A stretch of 53,373 bases of DNA from the NCBI GenBank assembly GCA_024693345.1, contig JAILLB010000012.1:1-53373 (forward strand). Reading direction: 5' to 3'. Made by a program: the position numbers and the translations under genes. Source of the DNA: Clostridiales bacterium. GTDB lineage: Bacteria; Bacillota; Clostridia; Oscillospirales; CAG-272. Each line of letters starts with the position of its first letter. The stretch's first letter is position 1. Positions 38,811 to 47,235 of this stretch are shown here, one piece after another. The notes beneath the pieces were generated by a model that made no database searches, had not been told where the DNA came from, and was given only the letters and a program-made list of their open reading frames with translations.

Positions 38811-40627
38811 TGGAGAGAAAAGCACTACAGATTTTTTATGCATCGGATGAAAAGTTTGCCAAGTACACCCTTGTGTCATTGGTTTCTTTAATCAAAAATG
38901 CTTCAAAAAACAATCACTATCACATACATATTCTCAACTCGGACATTTCACACGAAACATCCAAAATGTTTTTGGCTCTGGCAAACGAAAACTTCGAGAT
39001 TACAATGGATGAAGTTACAGTTTATCTCAATTCGATTAAAGATAAACTGCCCACGAGAGATTATTATTCCAAAACAACATATTATCGTTTGTTTATATCC
39101 GAGATGTATCCGAGAATAAAGAAAGCCGTATATCTGGATTCCGACACAATTATCCAGGGAGACATTTCTGAACTGTTTAAAGTAGATCTCCAAGACTACT
39201 ATGTCGGAGCATGCGTCGAAAAAGTCATGGTAGATACTCCGGTTTTCAGAAATTATGTAGAAAAAACTCTTGGAATTGCAGCAAGCAAATATTTCAATGC
39301 AGGAGTTATGATCATTAACTGCAGAAAATTCCGCAGAGAATATGTTTTGGACAGATTCCTCGATCTTCTGCACGTATATAAGTTTGTGGTAACGCAGGAT
39401 GAAGATTATCTGAATGTCATATGCCATGGACAAGTCAAATTTATAGATCAGAGATGGAACGTTCAGACATATAACGAGCCATACTACCCTGCCAAAAAAG
39501 CAAAGCTCATACACTATATAATGCAGAACAAACCTTGGCATTATAAAGACTGCATTTATGAAGATGTTTTCTGGAAATATGCCAAAATGACATCATGCTA
39601 TGAAGCTATTGTTGATGAATTCAACAATTACACAGATGAAATGAGAGAAAGGGATACCCAGCAGCAGATAGCTCTGGCGGAAACTGCTCAAAGCGAAATT
39701 GACAGCGAAAACAATTATCTCAAGTCTGTAGTCCGCAAAAGCATGGCTCCTGACAGAGTTGCTGTTCTTGAAAAAATCCAGCAATATGAACAGGAAGGCA
39801 GATTTGACGAAGATGTCGAAGAAGATCCGCCTGCCCCCGTTCTCATGCCTGACAAAATCAACTATATCAGAACTGATTGGATTTCAAAAACCAAGACTGG
39901 ACTTGCTTATCTGGCAGCTCATATTTTCATCGGTCAGCAGAAGAGTAAAAAGAATTTCATCATCAGAGAAATAAGAGGAATAGAAAATCTCCACAATCTC
40001 GACTCCGGAGCGCTGATTACCTGTAACCACTTTAATGCTTTCGACAGTTTTGCAATGTATTATGCTTACAAAGCAGCACACACAAACGGAAGGACTCTCT
40101 ACAGAGTTATCAGAGAGGGCAACTATACAAACTTCCCGGGGCTTTACGGATTTTTGATGAGAAACTGCGATACATTACCTCTGTCATCAAACAGCAGAAC
40201 AATGAGAAAATTCATGAGAGCCGTGGACGAACTGCTTCAGAGCGGCAATCTGATTCTCATTTACCCCGAACAGAGCATGTGGTGGAACTACCGCAAGCCA
40301 AAGCCTCTCAAGAGCGGAGGATTCAGTATAGCCGCCAAAAACAAGGTTCCTGTTCTCCCCTGCTTCATTACAATGCAGGACAGCCAGAACCTTGGGCAAG
40401 ATGGTTTTTATGTACAGGAATACACAATACACATATTGCCTCCCATCAAACCTGATCCGACAAAGTCATATCGTGAAAATCTGAATATGATGATGGAGGA
40501 AAATTACAGAGTCTGGAAAGAAGTATACGAAAAAGAATACGGAATTCCGCTTGTTTATGACACTGATCAAGCCATCTTGGACGAGAAAGGTTTTTCAGAA
40601 CAATTCGGCATGCAGAGCAGCAAATAG
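38810..40627 (+). CDS. Fusion protein: N-terminal GT8 glycosyltransferase and C-terminal PlsC-like acyltransferase
   Basis: GT8 part: YYRL, YLDSD, YFNAGVM, QDEDYLN, IHY..KPW. Acyltransferase part: CNHFNAFD (HX4D), IYPEQSMW. TAATG overlap with the previous gene. Confidence 0.85.
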   Translation: MERKALQIFYASDEKFAKYTLVSLVSLIKNASKNNHYHIHILNSDISHETSKMFLALANENFEITMDEVTVYLNSIKDKLPTRDYYSKTTYYRLFISEMYPRIKKAVYLDSDTIIQGDISELFKVDLQDYYVGACVEKVMVDTPVFRNYVEKTLGIAASKYFNAGVMIINCRKFRREYVLDRFLDLLHVYKFVVTQDEDYLNVICHGQVKFIDQRWNVQTYNEPYYPAKKAKLIHYIMQNKPWHYKDCIYEDVFWKYAKMTSCYEAIVDEFNNYTDEMRERDTQQQIALAETAQSEIDSENNYLKSVVRKSMAPDRVAVLEKIQQYEQEGRFDEDVEEDPPAPVLMPDKINYIRTDWISKTKTGLAYLAAHIFIGQQKSKKNFIIREIRGIENLHNLDSGALITCNHFNAFDSFAMYYAYKAAHTNGRTLYRVIREGNYTNFPGLYGFLMRNCDTLPLSSNSRTMRKFMRAVDELLQSGNLILIYPEQSMWWNYRKPKPLKSGGFSIAAKNKVPVLPCFITMQDSQNLGQDGFYVQEYTIHILPPIKPDPTKSYRENLNMMMEENYRVWKEVYEKEYGIPLVYDTDQAILDEKGFSEQFGMQSSK

Positions 40628-40635
40628 ACATAAAG

Positions 40636-40675
40636 AGGAAACTTGTTCAGTTTGAACGGTTTCCTTTGTTTTTTT
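40636..40675 (+). terminator. Intrinsic terminator of the acyltransferase/GT8 operon
   Basis: AGGAAAC...GTTTCCT stem with an inner GTTCA/TGAAC pair, followed by a long T-run. Confidence 0.75.
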
Positions 40676-40757
40676 CTTGTTTTTTGCAACATTTGATGTT
40701 GAATTTGAAAAAGCGGATGATATAATTTATCTATCAATAACATTTGGGGGATTTGTT

Positions 40758-42071
40758 ATGAAACAAATACGCATAAAAGTGGTAGTTCAGGCAAAAAAGG
40801 AAAATGTTCCGGGTTGGCCGCATATAAACTATGGATATGAGAAAAAAACAGAAGAAATAATGTCATCTGTCAGAGAATACAATGACGATGCAATATTTGA
40901 TGTTGTAAAATACACTTCTCCTCAGGAAGCAGAAGAAACATTTGAAGAAGACAAGAAGAAATATGACGGAATTCTTCTACTCTTGATGACAAACTGGATT
41001 AAGATAGACAATTTCTACGCTAAGCACACAGATGAAATGCCTGTCGCAATTGCAGGTATATGCTTCTGCGGAAGCGGTTCTCTGCTTGAATCCACAGTTC
41101 CTATGATCAGAGAAAACAATCTCCCGATTCCTTACTGTTCATCCACAAACAACATGGACATTGCAAAACTCGCAAGAACTCTTGTAGTAAATGCAAAACT
41201 TAAACGCACAACAGTACTTGTTATCAAAAATGACAAGTCATTGGCAAGAGAAACAGAAGCTCACAAGAGATTCGGAACCAAATTCATTGTAAAATCTTCA
41301 AAAGAATTGATGGATGAATTTAAGAACGTTCCAAATACAGAGGCAGAGCCCATTGTCAAGAAGTGGACAGGCAACACACTCGGAATTATTGAACCTTCCG
41401 AGAGTGATATCTACGAAGGTGCGAAACTGTACCTCGCGCTGAAAAAAATGGTCAAGGAAAACAAGGCAAATGCCGTAACAGTTGACTGCCTTGCCCTTTC
41501 ATATGAAGACAAATACGGAAAGAACAGACATATGTATCCTTGTCTTTCACATTTCCAGATGAACAATGATGGTGAACTCGGTGTTTGCGAAGCTGACATC
41601 GATGCAACAATGTCCTGTCTCATTTCTTTGTACCTTGCAAAGAAAGAAGGATTTGTTTCAGATCCTGTAATTGATACATCGTCAGACCAGATTATTTATG
41701 CTCATTGCGTAGCATGCAGAAAAGTTTACGGCACTAATGATGCACGTTCTTGCGACTATTACATAAGAAGCCATGCAGAAGATCAACTCGGTGCGTCTGT
41801 ACAGGTAATCTTCCCGACCGGAGAAAAACTCACCACATTCACAATGAGCAACGTAAACGGATGGGGCGCAATTCATTCAGCTGAATCAGTAGGCAATGCA
41901 GGCGGCGATGCAGGATGCAGAAGCAAACTCGTTGCAAAGTGCAATGCAAGAGCAATAATGGACAACTGGATGCCTCAGTGGCACAGAGTAACTGTTTTTG
42001 GTGATTTCAGAACAGATATAATGAACCTGTTCAAGCTGAAAGGTATGAGAATCGTCGAAGAAGACAAATGA
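40758..42071 (+). CDS. L-fucose/L-arabinose isomerase-like protein
   Basis: VDCL, YPCL, CEADIDAT, FVSDP, AHC, IRSHAED, CRSKL, HRVTVFGD pattern. Start at ATG 40758 after GGGGG; TGnTATAAT at 40718-40726. Confidence 0.6.
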   Translation: MKQIRIKVVVQAKKENVPGWPHINYGYEKKTEEIMSSVREYNDDAIFDVVKYTSPQEAEETFEEDKKKYDGILLLLMTNWIKIDNFYAKHTDEMPVAIAGICFCGSGSLLESTVPMIRENNLPIPYCSSTNNMDIAKLARTLVVNAKLKRTTVLVIKNDKSLARETEAHKRFGTKFIVKSSKELMDEFKNVPNTEAEPIVKKWTGNTLGIIEPSESDIYEGAKLYLALKKMVKENKANAVTVDCLALSYEDKYGKNRHMYPCLSHFQMNNDGELGVCEADIDATMSCLISLYLAKKEGFVSDPVIDTSSDQIIYAHCVACRKVYGTNDARSCDYYIRSHAEDQLGASVQVIFPTGEKLTTFTMSNVNGWGAIHSAESVGNAGGDAGCRSKLVAKCNARAIMDNWMPQWHRVTVFGDFRTDIMNLFKLKGMRIVEEDK

Positions 42072-42088
42072 AAGACGCATATAATGAA

Positions 42089-42126
42089 ATGACTGCAACT
42101 CTTTAACGGGTTGCAGTCATATTTTG
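42089..42126 (+). terminator. Intrinsic terminator
   Basis: ATGACTGCAAC-N10-GTTGCAGTCAT followed by ATTTT. Confidence 0.75.
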
Positions 42127-42278
42127 TGTCACTAATCGGATTAATACTTGTTGAGAGTCACCTTGTATAGTTTTTTGGCCATCTGATCAAGCAAAGAAAT
42201 TGTATTAAGTATGTCATCAGTTGTCGAATTGGCATTAATCATTGCACATTTGCACCATGTTGTCATTATATGTGCTTT

Positions 42279-42389
42279 TTCACAAAACCGCAATGCTTTT
42301 GGATGCGCTTACCACGAAATTGCATACATTTTGCGGAGCATTTACCACGAAATTGCATGTTTTCGAGACGCGTTCACCACGAAATTGCA
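42279..42389. repeat. Direct repeats of ACCACGAAATTGCA at 32-33 bp period, next to the tmRNA 3' end
   Basis: Exact copies at 42311-42324, 42344-42357 and 42376-42389; degenerate copy TTCACAAAACCGCA at 42279-42292. Confidence 0.85.
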
Positions 42390-42440
42390 AATTGCGGGCA
42401 CAAAAACAGCCTGAACACATATGCATTCAAGCTGTTAGTA

Positions 42441-42792
42441 TGGTGGATCCGAGGAGAGTCGAACTCCTGTCCGAAAAACAATCCTTATGACCTTCTCCGA
42501 GCGCATTCAGTTTATTACCTTTCCCTAATCAAGAACCAACTGACAGGATAGCTTGAACAGGTAGCTTTTTTATGCATGATGGGTATAAAAGCTAACTCAC
42601 CATTCATGTTCACCGCTGGATCATGCCCAAATCGAAGTCGCGGTCTTCTTCAACAGGACAACGCCGCAACTTAGGCAGCGTAAGCTAAAGTATTTCTATT
42701 AGCGTTTAATTTTAGTTTGAAGATTTAAGGAGGTTCTTCATCTCCGCTCGCTTATCATATCTCACATTCCCCGTCGAAACCATTACGGACCC
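42441..42792 (-). ncRNA. ssrA: tmRNA, tag peptide (A)ANRNTLAYAA encoded at 42703-42671
   Basis: 5' GGGTCCGTAATGGTTTCGACGGGG; 3' T-arm GGAGTTCGACTCTCC and CGGATCCACCA; acceptor stem with G3.U; tag ORF ends YAA-stop; adjacent to smpB. Confidence 0.97.
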
Positions 42793-42798
42793 ATATGA

Positions 42799-43266
42799 TT
42801 AATCTTTGTTTTTTTCGTATCTCTCTATATCTCTTTCTTCCTGTTTCTTTATTTCCGTCTCTCTCTTATCGTACATTTTTTTACCCTTGCACAGACCAAT
42901 CTCAATTTTAACCAGTTTGCCCTTAAAGTAAATTGAAAGAGGCACTATCGTACAACCCTGCTGTCCGGCTTTCTGATACAGTTTGAGAATTTCCTTCTTA
43001 TGCATTAGAAGTTTTCTTTCTCTGTACGGGTCTTTGTTGAAAATGTTGCCTTTTTCGTATGGACTTATATGCATTCCAACTACGAAAATCTCCAATTTGT
43101 TTATTTCGCAATATGAATCCTTGAGGTTGACTCTTCCGTTTCTTATGCTCTTTATTTCTGTTCCGGAAAGAGAAATGCCCGCCTCATATTTTTCGAGTAC
43201 GAAATAATCATGATATGCTTTTTTATTCTGCGATATAACCTTGTGTTCGTAATCTTTTTCAGACAT
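42799..43266 (-). CDS. smpB: SsrA-binding protein SmpB
   Basis: NKKAYHDY, EAGISLSGTEIKS, RKLLMHKKEI, GKKMYDKRE. Start at ATG 43266. Confidence 0.97.
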   Translation of the reverse strand: MSEKDYEHKVISQNKKAYHDYFVLEKYEAGISLSGTEIKSIRNGRVNLKDSYCEINKLEIFVVGMHISPYEKGNIFNKDPYRERKLLMHKKEILKLYQKAGQQGCTIVPLSIYFKGKLVKIEIGLCKGKKMYDKRETEIKKQEERDIERYEKNKD

Positions 43267-43288
43267 ATCATGATCCTTTCTCAATACT

Positions 43289-43813
43289 CTATGCTCTCAT
43301 GGCAATATTGCCTTTTGAGTCTATTCCTACTATCAACGGGAAGTCTACAAAATCAAATACCCTCAACGCTTCGCATCCGAGTTCAGGAAATGCAACAACT
43401 TCAGCCTTCACAATATGCTTGCTGGCAATCGCTCCTGCTCCTCCGATTGCGCAAAAGTACAAAGCCTTATACTTCTTTATTGCCTCTACTACTTCATCGG
43501 ATCTCTTCCCTTTTCCGATTGTGGCAATTACGCCTTTTGCAATTAGATCAGGAGTGAATTTGTCCATCCTCGAAGAAGTCGTCGGACCACACGAGCCCAC
43601 AGCCTTGTCACCGAATGCTGGCGTCGGACCCGCATAATAAATCACTGCGTTCTTCAGATTCAAAGGAAGTTCTGTCCCTTTGCCCATCATCTCAAACAGT
43701 TTTTTGTGAGCTGCATCTCTGGCACAATACACTTTTCCGGAAAGAAGTATTGTTTCACCGGCAACCAATTCTCTTCCTTTTTCAGGAAGTTCACTTACAT
43801 TTATCTTTTTCAT
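43289..43813 (-). CDS. Fe-S hydro-lyase (fumarate/tartrate) beta subunit
   Basis: ARDAAH, YYAGP, GPTTSSRMD, IGKG, LGCEA. Confidence 0.88.
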   Translation of the reverse strand: MKKINVSELPEKGRELVAGETILLSGKVYCARDAAHKKLFEMMGKGTELPLNLKNAVIYYAGPTPAFGDKAVGSCGPTTSSRMDKFTPDLIAKGVIATIGKGKRSDEVVEAIKKYKALYFCAIGGAGAIASKHIVKAEVVAFPELGCEALRVFDFVDFPLIVGIDSKGNIAMRA

Positions 43814-44706
43814 TTTCTTCCAATCAAAGAATTTAGAGCGTTGATTGCTCCCTTAAAGAACTTCTCAATCTTGTCATTAATTGAAGATATGTAGTCCTTA
43901 TTGGATACAACTTCTCTTGGCTTCTTCTCTTCAGAGAAATGCATTGGCACTACTCCGCTTGTCTTTACAGTGTTTTCGTATGACTCTACACTGTCAATTC
44001 TCTGATTCAGTTCATTGCTGCCTTCAGAAACTGCTCTCAAAAGATTATCTACTGCAGCGTTGACGTTTTCCTTATATTCTGAAACAGCATTTTTGTAACT
44101 GTCTTCCAAGTTGGCCTTGAAATTCTGAGTCTTTTGTCTCGTTTCATTGACCATTTCATCGGAGATTGTCTGAGCCTGCCTTATTATCTCTGTTGCCTTG
44201 CTGTCAGCCTCTCTGAATATGTCTTCTATTCTCTGGTCAATTTTAGCATACATCTCTTCGGTCAGCTGATTCTGCTGCATCATACCATATGTCTCGCATG
44301 CGAGAGCATCGAGCTTCTGTTCTGCCAGCACACTCTTCTGGCATTCATCCTCAAACTGTTTTCTTGTAGCCTCTAGATTCATAATGGCTTCTTTTGCCGC
44401 CACCGCCATCTCGTCGAGTTTATCGCTCAGCAAAGCTCTGTCTTTTTCAAGAGCAGCAATTCGTTTTTCCAGTTCTTTCTGTTTTTGCTCAGCTCCGAAT
44501 GCGGCAATTGCTATTTCATCCAGTTTTTCATTTGTCAATCTGAGATTTTCTTCTGCCTTGTCAGCTCTGGAGCGTTCGAACGCAATTGATGCGTCTTTTT
44601 CATCGGATTGATGCTTAAAATCTGCACTCATATCGGCGATGAACTTGTTAACATCCTTCTTTGAATATCCGCCCATAAATGAGCCTTTAATTTTCTGTTC
44701 GCTCAT
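43810..44706 (-). CDS. Coiled-coil protein with an N-terminal DivIVA-like motif
   Basis: FMGGYSKKDVNKFI followed by long heptad repeats. Start at ATG 44706. Confidence 0.55.
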   Translation of the reverse strand: MSEQKIKGSFMGGYSKKDVNKFIADMSADFKHQSDEKDASIAFERSRADKAEENLRLTNEKLDEIAIAAFGAEQKQKELEKRIAALEKDRALLSDKLDEMAVAAKEAIMNLEATRKQFEDECQKSVLAEQKLDALACETYGMMQQNQLTEEMYAKIDQRIEDIFREADSKATEIIRQAQTISDEMVNETRQKTQNFKANLEDSYKNAVSEYKENVNAAVDNLLRAVSEGSNELNQRIDSVESYENTVKTSGVVPMHFSEEKKPREVVSNKDYISSINDKIEKFFKGAINALNSLIGRK

Positions 44707-44719
44707 CTTTTTCGCCTTT

Positions 44720-45325
44720 CTATGATTCTGACTTTTCTGCTTCTTTTTGTTTCTTTTTTGCAAGGAATATTGTCTTGACACTCTCGTCATAGCCTTTGTA
44801 TATGAAGTGAATCAGCATCTGCTCAAGTGATGCAAGAATACCGACAATGACTGTAATCATCATTCCTATAACCAGTATGTTAAGGATATAGTAGAACGGA
44901 ATCAAAAACGTCAATGCACCGGTAAGCTTGCTGCCATAGGTGTGTATTGAGTCGAACTTTTTGTGTTTTACGTACACATAAGCATATGTTACCACTCTTA
45001 TAGCCAGTGCAACTCCCAGTAAAATCCAGAACGCAAGCGGCAGTTCCTCCCACAATGTCATAAAGAATTTGTATGCCATTGCTGCATAGAACACTAAATC
45101 CGCGATGCTGTCCAATACAGATCCGAACTGGCTGGAACTGTTAGTTTTTCTGGCAATCATTCCGTCAAAAGCATCTGTTAATCCGGCTACACCATAAACG
45201 ATATAGTAGGCAGGTGAATCAATTGACAAGAATATAGTAACAATTGCTCCGACCAATCTAATCGATGTCAGGATGTTCGGGATAATAGATTTTTTACGTG
45301 GCTTTTCAGCAATTTGTTCGTCCAT
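44720..45325 (-). CDS. CDP-alcohol phosphatidyltransferase (PgsA-like)
   Basis: IPNILTSIR and TDAFDGMIARK...FGSVLDSIAD signature. Start at ATG 45325. Confidence 0.88.
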   Translation of the reverse strand: MDEQIAEKPRKKSIIPNILTSIRLVGAIVTIFLSIDSPAYYIVYGVAGLTDAFDGMIARKTNSSSQFGSVLDSIADLVFYAAMAYKFFMTLWEELPLAFWILLGVALAIRVVTYAYVYVKHKKFDSIHTYGSKLTGALTFLIPFYYILNILVIGMMITVIVGILASLEQMLIHFIYKGYDESVKTIFLAKKKQKEAEKSES

Positions 45326-45470
45326 TATGTCTTCCTCAAAACTAGTCGTTACTGTGTTATTATACATCTGGATTTACATTATAGCAAGAAAATGGGGCCA
45401 TTGTTAATTAATTGTAATAGAACATCGACATGTGATATAATATCAGCAAAGAATCAGGAGGATTTCACAT

Positions 45471-46130
45471 ATGGATAAAAAAGTCGTAAGAGTGTTATTT
45501 AACGGAGACAGTACCACAGATGTCGGCAGAGCAAGACCGATTGGTGATGGATTCGGAAAAATGGGAGACAGCTATCTTGCAAATATCTTTTGCATGACCT
45601 GGGCAGACCATCCGGACAACAACATAAGATACTTCAATGCAGCTGTATCAGGTGACACAACCACAAAACTGCTTGCACGTTTTGATGAAGACGTAACACC
45701 ATATGAACCGGATTACGTATTCTTCCTCATCGGCATAAATGACTGTTGGAGAAGATACGATTGTCCGCTCACTCCTTCAAGTGCGACAACACCTGAACAG
45801 TACAGAAAAAACATGCAGACATGCATAGACAAAACCAAAGCCATCGGCGCAGTTCCGACCCTCATTTCACCTTTCTTTTTTGAACTCAACAAACAGGACG
45901 CGATGAGACACGACTGTGACGAATGCAATGACATTCTCAGAGATCTTGCGGAAAAGAACGGAATTGATTTCATAGATGTTCAGTCAAGAATCGACTGGTA
46001 CCTTGAAAACGGCGGAAACTACTGTCTGCTCGGCAATGACCGAGTTCATCCGTCAGCTGTCTGCAAATCTCTAATAGCTCAATATATCTATAATCACCCT
46101 GCATTCAGAAAGATATTCAATGAGCAGTGA
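45471..46130 (+). CDS. SGNH/GDSL hydrolase family protein
   Basis: GDSTTD, VSGD, GIND, DRVHP catalytic blocks. Confidence 0.88.
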   Translation: MDKKVVRVLFNGDSTTDVGRARPIGDGFGKMGDSYLANIFCMTWADHPDNNIRYFNAAVSGDTTTKLLARFDEDVTPYEPDYVFFLIGINDCWRRYDCPLTPSSATTPEQYRKNMQTCIDKTKAIGAVPTLISPFFFELNKQDAMRHDCDECNDILRDLAEKNGIDFIDVQSRIDWYLENGGNYCLLGNDRVHPSAVCKSLIAQYIYNHPAFRKIFNEQ

Positions 46131-47196
46131 GTATATCTGGGACAAGATTGCTTCCACACAGAAACATATAGTCTTTTATGGCACGGGTGACGGAGCGGAC
46201 AAGATTGCAGTCCAAATAGAGTCACTTGGTAAAACAATGTCCGGGTACTTTGTTTCAGACGATTTTTACAGACCCGGAAAAATGTTTCGAGGCAAAGAGA
46301 TACTGACACTATCCAAAGCAGAAGATTTGTTTGGCGACTTTTTATGCATAATAGCCTTCGGGTCAAGACTTGAAAATGTTCTTGAAAACATTGAAAAAGT
46401 CAGGCATCTTCATGAGACATACATTCCGGATATGCCTTTGTGCGGCAGTGAGCTGTTCGACAAAAATTTTTATGAGCATAACAAGGAAAAACATGAGATG
46501 GTGCGGTCCATTCTTTCAGATGATGTTTCGAGAAAAACGCTTGATGGCATTGTCAAATTCAGGCTGACCGGAAATCCGGATTATCTATACGGTTGTCAAT
46601 GTTCAGACGACGACTACAAAAACATTCTCGATAAAAAATATACGGCATATGCCGATCTTGGAGCATATACCGGTGACACTCTCAGACGTGCCATAAATGA
46701 TTATCCTTCAATCAAGATTGCTGTCTGCATGGAGCCGTCTGAAAAATCTTTCAAGAAACTTGCCGAATACACAAATTCTTTCTTTGAACCGGACACAATA
46801 ATTGTAAATGCAGCTGCTTGGGACAAAGAGGATACCGGACACTTTATAGATTCAGGCGGACGTGGATCCAAGATTTCAAACACAACCACCAATTCTTTAT
46901 CCGGATCAAAAAACAGAGTTGTGGAATACCTTCCGCTAGATCATGTTTGCGAAATACACGGTGAGCAATTGCTTATAAAATATGACGTTGAAGGTGCAGA
47001 AATCAAAGCACTGAAAGGATCCTTCAACACAATTCTGAGTAATGAAACAGACTTGGAAATATCCGTATATCACAGAAGCGGTGACATTTTCGATATTCCT
47101 CTCTATGTTCACGAACTACTTCCGGAACATAAACTCTTCATGCGAAAACTGTCAGGGGTTCCTGCATGGGACATATTGCTGTACGCGACACATTAA
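46120..47196 (+). CDS. FkbM family methyltransferase
   Basis: DLGAYTGD, MEP, IKYDVEGAE, ISVYH; overlaps the SGNH gene. Confidence 0.82.
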   Translation: MSSEYIWDKIASTQKHIVFYGTGDGADKIAVQIESLGKTMSGYFVSDDFYRPGKMFRGKEILTLSKAEDLFGDFLCIIAFGSRLENVLENIEKVRHLHETYIPDMPLCGSELFDKNFYEHNKEKHEMVRSILSDDVSRKTLDGIVKFRLTGNPDYLYGCQCSDDDYKNILDKKYTAYADLGAYTGDTLRRAINDYPSIKIAVCMEPSEKSFKKLAEYTNSFFEPDTIIVNAAAWDKEDTGHFIDSGGRGSKISNTTTNSLSGSKNRVVEYLPLDHVCEIHGEQLLIKYDVEGAEIKALKGSFNTILSNETDLEISVYHRSGDIFDIPLYVHELLPEHKLFMRKLSGVPAWDILLYATH

Positions 47197-47203
47197 CAAA
47201 TTT

Positions 47204-47234
47204 GGGAAGCCCTCTCGAGCTTCCCTCTTCTTTT
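47204..47234. terminator. Intrinsic terminator between convergent genes
   Basis: GGGAAGC-N8-GCTTCCC followed by a pyrimidine/T run. Confidence 0.65.
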
Positions 47235-47235
47235 G

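Noticed and set aside
42279-42389. CRISPR array interpretation of the periodic repeats
   Set aside because: The repeat is only 14 bp with 18-19 bp spacers and 3-4 copies, and there are no cas genes; it is too short for a CRISPR array.
42211-42551. Small ORFs over the repeat region and antisense to tmRNA
   Set aside because: No RBS, the repeat period is not consistently a multiple of 3, and they overlap tmRNA; the TTKLH peptide repeat is a by-product.
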